DNA of 64,000 nucleotides from assembly GCA_043823745.1 (NCBI GenBank), contig JBDRAN010000059.1, forward strand, positions 9,105-73,104, read 5' to 3'. The position numbers and the translations under genes were made by a program. Under the pieces are notes generated by a model, which was not told where the DNA came from, did no database searches, and saw only the letters and a program-made list of their open reading frames with translations. Positions 58,901 to 64,000 of the stretch are shown piece after piece; within the stretch, counting starts at the first letter, position 1; the number at the start of each line of letters is the position of its first letter. This DNA is from Candidatus Omnitrophota bacterium (GTDB taxonomy: Bacteria > Omnitrophota > Gorgyraeia > Duberdicusellales > 4484-171).

Positions 58901-60949
58901 CAAAGTGCGAAAGAGGAGGAGGTAACCTCCCGTGCGGCGGAGCTTGAGAGTTTTAAACAACGCAAGAATGTGCTGGTTCTTCGAGAACAGGAATTGTCGC
59001 GCAGTAAAGAAACCTTAAAAGAAAACCTTATCGAAAAAGACAAGGAATTGTTCGAGTTGCAATCGTATTATGAATTTTTAAAAGATCTGCACACTAAATA
59101 CGAAACGTTTTCGGTCACCAAAAAGATAACCATTATTTTTGATGAAGAGCCTGTTAAGATAAATAAACTGGTCGCTTCGCTCTCCGGTGTCCAGTTTAGC
59201 CGTGAGGGGGCAGTTTATAAGGCGGTTGTGGAGGCTAAAGTCGTATCGCTGGAGGAGAACCAGCTCCAAGACCGTATTGCCCAGGCAAAGCAGGTTATGA
59301 GCCAGACGCGTGAGAGCCTTGAGCAGCTTGCGCAGCAAAAAGAAGAGGTAAGCCAGGAAGCTGTTGTTGAGGATCGTCAGATTGAGGAGGCGGAAGGTAT
59401 TTTGCGTGATCGTTTCCAGGAAAAAGAAGCGTTACGCAGGGAGTGCGCGCGCCTTGACGAGGAGTATGTGCTCCTTGAAGACGAGACGCAGACGACTGCA
59501 AGCGATATTGCTTCTTTTGAAGCTAATCAAAAGGATTTTGAAATCCAACTCGTGCACGTAGAACAGGCGCTGGCCACGGTCCAGGAGAGCCTTGGGAGCC
59601 TTCATCAGTGTGTCGCTACCTGCGCCCAGCGTGCCAATGCTATCGATATCGAAAATACCAAGAAAGAAGCGTTAAAGGATTCATTACGTAAAGAGAAAGA
59701 AACGCTCCAGTCAAAAATAATTTTCCTTGAGGAAGAAAAAGACAACATTACGAAAAATATTGAAACGCTGGCCCGAGAAAAAGAGGAAAACGGTAAGCGA
59801 GCACAGACGTTGGCTGCTGATATCGAGAACGGCAGTGTCAGCATTGGTAATTTTGAGCGCACCATGGCGGAGCAAACTCTGAGCAAGGCAACGCTTGAGC
59901 AGGAAGAGGTGACGCTGGGCGAGCGGCTTGAGGCTGTCAGGCAAAAAGAACAGGCTTTTGAGAAAGAGTGCGAAGCCCTGCGGGGTGAGCTTTACAATAA
60001 GAAGCTCGAAATCCAGAGCTTTGAATATGAAAAAGGGAAGATAACTGATTATCTGGCGCAGGTGTATCATGTTACGTTCGAGCCTTTGCTGCCTGGGGAA
60101 ACAAGTCAGCCTCTTGGTGTCTATATCGATGAGCGCAATATGTTGAAGAAGAAAGTAGAGGCATTGGGTGAGGTTAATCTTGTCGCGATCGAGGAGTTCG
60201 AGGAGCTTAAAAAACGCGATGATTTTTTGGTAAAACAAAAAGATGATTTGATCACGTCAAAAGAGAATTTGAAAAAAGCGATCCAGAAGATCAATAAGAC
60301 ATCCAAAGAGCTCTTTCTGGATACCTTCACCAAGGTGCAGGAAGAGTTTAACAAGAATTTCAGGTTTTTATTCGGCGGCGGCAAAGCGCAGCTTCTTTTG
60401 CTTGATCCGGAAAATGTTTTGGAGTCAGGTGTGGAAATAGAAGTGCAGCCTCCAGGGAAAAAATTACAAAATGTTTCGCTCCTCTCGGGAGGAGAGAAGG
60501 CGCTTACGGCAATTTCGCTGATATTCGCTATTTTCAGGGTTCGGCCATCACCGATATGCGTTGTTGATGAGATCGACGCGCCGCTCGATGAGGCTAACGT
60601 CGATCGTTTTAACCTTATGCTTAAAGAATTTGTCCATTTTTCGCAATTTATCGTAATTACCCATAATAAAAAGACCATGAGTAACGCCGATGTGCTCTAT
60701 GGCGTGACCATGCAGGAGAAAGGCATTTCTAAGCTTGTTTCGGTTAAGTTTGCCGAGCGCGAACGAGCCAAACATCCGCTTGTTTCGCCGCCGCGCGTTC
60801 CTACCATCGAAGATCTGGAAAAAGAAGCGCTGGAAGAGAAAACCACCGTAGATGAATCCAGCGACGATACCTCAAAAGACTCGCAGCATCGAGAGACCAT
60901 CGCGCAAGAACCCCAAGCAGCAAATCCCCACGATACTCCAGCGCAATAG
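55925..60949 (+). CDS. smc: Chromosome segregation protein SMC (intein-containing precursor)
   Basis: GFKSF; GPNGCGK|SN Walker A split by an intein; LRG.KMEDIIF.G; coiled coils; G.VNL.AIEE; LSGGEK; DEIDAPLD; ITH. Confidence 0.93.
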   Translation: MYLKELDIFGFKSFPEKTNLKFEPGITVVVGPNGCGKCLHPESLVCLADGTIVKIGELVERNIASSKKVALFDDGLSSLENEHNLKVFSLNPQTQKIEKRRIAAFVKRKSPPFLLKIRTHKGEEVITTHYHPFFTVENGSLKVLTAGELKEGIKIALPRVLNVDTGTCRLDATDVLRKFSVDDHVYVPYSGRLKELIYSQKELCGSWENLTTQRALSSGSILGVQSSQAVNAAQVTAVLDSDALSELSPTSLKSRSNGYVGIPSCLDKNLARFLGYIISEGRTTLSNQVWFVNEDEDVISDFCAVSQKVFSVAPKVFSYKERAKDVIIFSSVLCKFLDRVFSVRHNGVSHEKVIPAQIFSAPREVVSEFISALFEGDAYLKNKFERNRNNYYIEYATASRQLAYGLSTLLLRFGVQAVIREKRKCAANAVKKIKRTYYSVYIYGIDNLHKITPHLHFVGRKRKVLDAMKALSTKSNPNYDVVPGIHALMKQFTQSSGVSIKREKRHCPRLAAYYEGACLPSRQGILEVVDYLQRVSVSCAAGLSERLNAFAMSDIYWDEIVCIEKIARDTEWVYDLCVEDTHNFVANNFIVHNSNVFDGIKWALGEQSPKSLRGSKMEDIIFNGTDHYPALNYAEVTLTFLNDDKYLPIDYKEVSITRKLYRSGESEYYINKNIVRLKDIEELFMGTGIGESTYSFIEQGKIEIFLSYKPEDKRLIFDEASGIVKYKERKKETMRRLEEVDENLLRLEDIISEVKRQTRYLERQVEKARKYRETQDALLAVEKKIATIQSKEVQEKIDKHLEELGVLKACEEEKSLILEEAKNEYEVRGSRVKEVRSALEAVNTAFIALNADITAAQNNIKFYEQMIVELRERNGTIEQASAELTERYAIQEKRLTEERVRFEGIDAGVAAAEREIVALSTEKDELKSQSHDASKNIELEKLSILQHESKKANFNNSLIEIQTNLAGLVNRKKRLLLDRGRLEALRSESESAQSAKEEEVTSRAAELESFKQRKNVLVLREQELSRSKETLKENLIEKDKELFELQSYYEFLKDLHTKYETFSVTKKITIIFDEEPVKINKLVASLSGVQFSREGAVYKAVVEAKVVSLEENQLQDRIAQAKQVMSQTRESLEQLAQQKEEVSQEAVVEDRQIEEAEGILRDRFQEKEALRRECARLDEEYVLLEDETQTTASDIASFEANQKDFEIQLVHVEQALATVQESLGSLHQCVATCAQRANAIDIENTKKEALKDSLRKEKETLQSKIIFLEEEKDNITKNIETLAREKEENGKRAQTLAADIENGSVSIGNFERTMAEQTLSKATLEQEEVTLGERLEAVRQKEQAFEKECEALRGELYNKKLEIQSFEYEKGKITDYLAQVYHVTFEPLLPGETSQPLGVYIDERNMLKKKVEALGEVNLVAIEEFEELKKRDDFLVKQKDDLITSKENLKKAIQKINKTSKELFLDTFTKVQEEFNKNFRFLFGGGKAQLLLLDPENVLESGVEIEVQPPGKKLQNVSLLSGGEKALTAISLIFAIFRVRPSPICVVDEIDAPLDEANVDRFNLMLKEFVHFSQFIVITHNKKTMSNADVLYGVTMQEKGISKLVSVKFAERERAKHPLVSPPRVPTIEDLEKEALEEKTTVDESSDDTSKDSQHRETIAQEPQAANPHDTPAQ
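56036..57703 (+). mobile_element. Intein (556 aa) with LAGLIDADG homing endonuclease
   Basis: Starts C(LHPES); block B T..HPF; LARFLGYIISEG and FISALFEGDA LAGLIDADG-like motifs; ends VYDL.V...HNFVAN..IVHN followed by Ser+1. Confidence 0.95.
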
Positions 60950-61115
60950 GAAGCGGAAGCTACCATCTTTCAGTCATTAGCTATTAGCAAAAAATCATCA
61001 AAAATTGTAACAAAATAATTTTACGCGCTCAGCAATTAACCTCTTCTTGGAGGTTGGTGTTGTCTTGATTTTTTAGCTTTAAGCTGAAAGCTGAGAGTTG
61101 AAGACGGAGGGCTCG

Positions 61116-62291
61116 TTAGAATGCCAGGACGATCCGGTTTTTCCCCTCTCGTTTTGCGCGGTATAGGGCGACGTCAGCTTTTTTAATTAAGGTATCCTTG
61201 TCAAGGCCATCGCCGGGGTAACTGGCAAGGCCAATGCTGATGGTGAATTTATTACCCAGGATATCGCTTTGGCTGATATGGTTTCGCAGCGCTTCAGCGA
61301 TCACCCAGGATTTTTCGCAGGTAGTTTGGGGAAGGATAATGGAGAATTCTTCTCCACCGTATCGACAGATGACATCGTGCGCGTGCGCCGTGCTTTTTAA
61401 GGCGTCGCTGATCTTACGCAGCGCGTCATCTCCCTGCATGTGTCCATAGGTATCGTTGAACTTCTTAAAATCATCCAGGTCAATCATCATAATTGAGAGG
61501 GGAAGGTTCTTGGCTTTTGCTTTCATGAGGTCTTCGTCGAGCTTGTATTGGAAATATCCGTGGTTCCAGAGTCCGGTTAAAGGGTCGGTATGCGCTTTGA
61601 CGAGTGAATCCTCAAAGGTTTGAGAGTTCTCGAGGGCTCCGGCGGCCTGCTCAACAAACATATTAAAAATCCTAATGTCCTCATCGCTGATTTTCTTGCG
61701 GGTAATGTAATTATCGACAATGATCAATCCGGCAGGTCTTTCTTTTATCCATACGGGCGATATCAGAAATTCTTTAAGCTGCAATTGGATGCTTAAGGGG
61801 TCATTCTCATATTCGTTTATTTTATTTTCTTTTATATGTAACGTGCCTTTTTCCATCAGGATGTCATAGATAAAGCCGCTTTCTTCGTTCAAAGGAAATG
61901 AGAGTGATTGTATAAATTCCATAAACTTAGGCTTGAGTTTCTCTTCTTTGATGCGGTTGTAGGTCTTGATGAGATCATACAGGTCCATCTTTTGCTGGTC
62001 AATGCTCTGCCAGATAGCATTTGCCTCGTGACTGTCCATGGGGCCGATACCCATAAAACCGTTGATTGTTTTATCGTGCTCGTCAACCAGGAACAAAATG
62101 GCCCGATTAAAAGCGAGACCCTGATGAGCGGTTAAGCCGGTTAAGATGATGTAGACAATTTCTTCAAGATGCAGCGTTGTACGCATGGCTTTGGTAAGCT
62201 CATAAAAAATGTAGAGTTGATAGCGGATTCGATCAGCCTCTTCGCGTAGCTTGTTGTTTTGTTCCTGCAGGTGTTTTAGCGTATCATCCAT
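61116..62291 (-). CDS. GAF-domain diguanylate cyclase
   Basis: GAF-like N-terminus; D.LTGL.N, FK.FND.YGH..GD, RYGGEEF and AD.ALY.AK motifs. Confidence 0.92.
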   Translation of the reverse strand: MDDTLKHLQEQNNKLREEADRIRYQLYIFYELTKAMRTTLHLEEIVYIILTGLTAHQGLAFNRAILFLVDEHDKTINGFMGIGPMDSHEANAIWQSIDQQKMDLYDLIKTYNRIKEEKLKPKFMEFIQSLSFPLNEESGFIYDILMEKGTLHIKENKINEYENDPLSIQLQLKEFLISPVWIKERPAGLIIVDNYITRKKISDEDIRIFNMFVEQAAGALENSQTFEDSLVKAHTDPLTGLWNHGYFQYKLDEDLMKAKAKNLPLSIMMIDLDDFKKFNDTYGHMQGDDALRKISDALKSTAHAHDVICRYGGEEFSIILPQTTCEKSWVIAEALRNHISQSDILGNKFTISIGLASYPGDGLDKDTLIKKADVALYRAKREGKNRIVLAF

Positions 62292-62715
62292 ATAGTCTCA
62301 TAAATAACACATTTGGAGCCAAAAGTCAACCTGGTGGGGGTAGTGAGATGTCAAGAAGTTAGGAAGCTCATAGGAAAGATGACAGATGGTAGATTCCAGA
62401 TGGCAGATAGCAGATAGAAAAATCAGGTTGCGTCTATGGGTTGAGAGGCTCGTAGCGGTTATGTCAATCGTTAATCGTCTTGATGCTTAAATAGTGTTTT
62501 TGACGCAACCGTTATACGTGTAACGGGCGAGCTACGCAACCCCAAGGACGTTTGACAAGATCATACGATGTACGTATATCTTAATGAATACACTTATGGC
62601 TTTGCGTTTTTGGTTTATCTGGTAGAATAACGAATTATGCTGCAAGCCTCAGGCTTCAAGCTCTAAATCCCGCTTTTGTAATTTTGCAGCTTGTAGCCTG
62701 CAGCCGCCACTAATC

Positions 62716-63762
62716 ATGGAAAACTCTATCTTCAACCTTTCAAGCTACGACTATACGCTGCCACCGGAATTAATCGCTCAGGAGCCGCTCGAGGTTCGTG
62801 ACAGCGCGCGGCTGCTTGTTATCGACCGCGCTCAATCGCTTATCAAGAAAGGGCTTTTCAGTGATATACTCACGATGCTTCGCCCGGGAGATGTGCTGGT
62901 TCTTAATAACACCAAGGTTATCAAAGCAAAACTTCTGGGTAGAAAGCGAACCGGCGCGGTCATTGATGTGCTCCTGGTTAAGGAACGAGCTCCCGGAGTC
63001 TGGGAAGTGCTGGCCAACCCCGGTAAGCGCTGTCGCCGCGGGGATATCATTATCTTTGGGAGCGGAGAGGTGACCGCGCATGTTATTGATACAACCGTTT
63101 CGGGCGGTAGAGTTTTGGAATTTAGCCATCCGAATATTCTTTCTCTTCTGGAACGTATCGGCCAGCCACCCTTGCCGCACTACATAAAAAAAGACTTGCA
63201 TGATGCGCAAAAATATCAAACATTGTACGCAGCAATCGAAGGGGCAATCGCCGCGCCTACCGCAGGATTTCATTTTACGCTCCCGCTCCTTGATGCGCTC
63301 TGTGCCAAGGGTATTCGTATCGTGTACGTGACCTTGCATTGCGGTCCCGCTACTTTTCGTCCGGTTAAAACCGCGGATATCAGAGAGCATCATATTGATT
63401 CGGAATGGATCCAAATCAGTGAATCCGCCGCCGAGGCTATTAATAACGCAAAAAAAGCAAACCGCCGCATCGTTGCGGTGGGAACAACGTCAATCCGAAC
63501 GCTCGAAAGCGTCGCTACCGCATCAGTTGACGGAAGGTTTAGGGTGCGCAGCTATTGCGGGCCGACGCAACTCTACATTACGCCGGGATATGCCTTTAAG
63601 ATTATTGACGCAGCTGTTACCAACTTTCATACCCCCTGCTCGACTAACCTCATTTTAGCTGCTTCTTTTGCCGGATTTGACCTCCTCATGGCTGCCTATA
63701 GGTTCGCCATAGCGGAAAACTTTAGGTTTTTCAGTTTCGGTGACGCGACCATCATTATCTAA
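62716..63762 (+). CDS. queA: S-adenosylmethionine:tRNA ribosyltransferase-isomerase
   Basis: LP.ELIAQ.P, N.TKV, PLP.YI, YQT.YA, AAPTAG.HF, VGTT..R.LE, TNFH and F.SFGDA motifs. Confidence 0.95.
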   Translation: MENSIFNLSSYDYTLPPELIAQEPLEVRDSARLLVIDRAQSLIKKGLFSDILTMLRPGDVLVLNNTKVIKAKLLGRKRTGAVIDVLLVKERAPGVWEVLANPGKRCRRGDIIIFGSGEVTAHVIDTTVSGGRVLEFSHPNILSLLERIGQPPLPHYIKKDLHDAQKYQTLYAAIEGAIAAPTAGFHFTLPLLDALCAKGIRIVYVTLHCGPATFRPVKTADIREHHIDSEWIQISESAAEAINNAKKANRRIVAVGTTSIRTLESVATASVDGRFRVRSYCGPTQLYITPGYAFKIIDAAVTNFHTPCSTNLILAASFAGFDLLMAAYRFAIAENFRFFSFGDATIII

Positions 63763-63822
63763 AAAATATATAAATTGCTGTGGGGCAATAACTTAGGTAA
63801 AATAAAAAATATAAGTATTACG

Positions 63823-63851
63823 TTGACGCACCATTTTGAGAGGACTATAAT
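63823..63851 (+). promoter_or_regulatory. Putative sigma70 promoter
   Basis: TTGACG-17 nt-TATAAT upstream of ATG 63903. Confidence 0.6.
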
Positions 63852-63902
63852 AATATCTTCGACACCCTATATTAACGCGCTACCGCCAAAGGGAGGGCAA
63901 GT

Positions 63903-64000
63903 ATGAGAGGAGATCTGACAAAAAAGAGGATTTTTCTTCTGTGCGGGCATGCTCAATCAGGTAAAACGTCGGTTGTGGAAACACTACTTTTTAAGTGCGG
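63903..64000 (+). CDS. Elongation factor G-like GTPase, N-terminus (cut by window edge)
   Basis: Manual translation MRGDLTKKRIFLLCGHAQSGKTSVVETLLFKC with a GHxxxGKT P-loop; GGAGG RBS. Confidence 0.7.
   Translation, partial: MRGDLTKKRIFLLCGHAQSGKTSVVETLLFKC

Noticed and set aside
62340-62560. Possible ncRNA/riboswitch upstream of queA (GGTTGCGTC/GACGCAACC stem)
   Set aside because: No recognisable preQ1 or other riboswitch consensus; the region is mixed with short tandem repeats
858-63658. Numerous short antisense or alternate-frame ORFs in the ORF track
   Set aside because: They overlap well-supported genes and show no recognisable motifs

Overview
Gene-dense chromosomal window from an anaerobic Gram-negative bacterium. 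Gene content and the intergenic repeat style suggest Ca. Omnitrophota or a similar lineage, which is inference only. Left to right: (i) 0-11.4 kb, an aromatic type II polyketide synthase cluster (ketopantoate-reductase/TIGR04076 fusion, KS, chain-length factor, ACP, two cyclases, MFS, SDR, B12-radical SAM). It runs on the same strand into an amidohydrolase / class IV aminotransferase / MtnA-like / aldolase-SCP2 / LsrF / ADH / ALDH block that ends at about 19 kb. (ii) 19-34.7 kb, metal and oxidative-stress genes, including a HypC-HydE-like radical SAM fusion and a Tpx-pterin dehydratase fusion. (iii) pckG and purC. (iv) 38-53.6 kb, a second, seemingly more AT-rich biosynthetic island (2 PilZ, receiver, FeeM-like N-acyltransferase, 3 B12-radical SAMs, ThiF, tryptophanase-like, MMPL/LolA-like/beta-barrel export, PlsC). 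(v) etfBA, an SMC that has a LAGLIDADG intein in its Walker A motif and apparently no canonical hinge, a GAF-GGDEF protein, queA and the start of an EF-G-like gene. Intergenic spaces hold several families of palindromic and short tandem repeats. I found no rRNA, tRNA, CRISPR array or transposase. All calls come from motif recognition by eye; no database searches were run.
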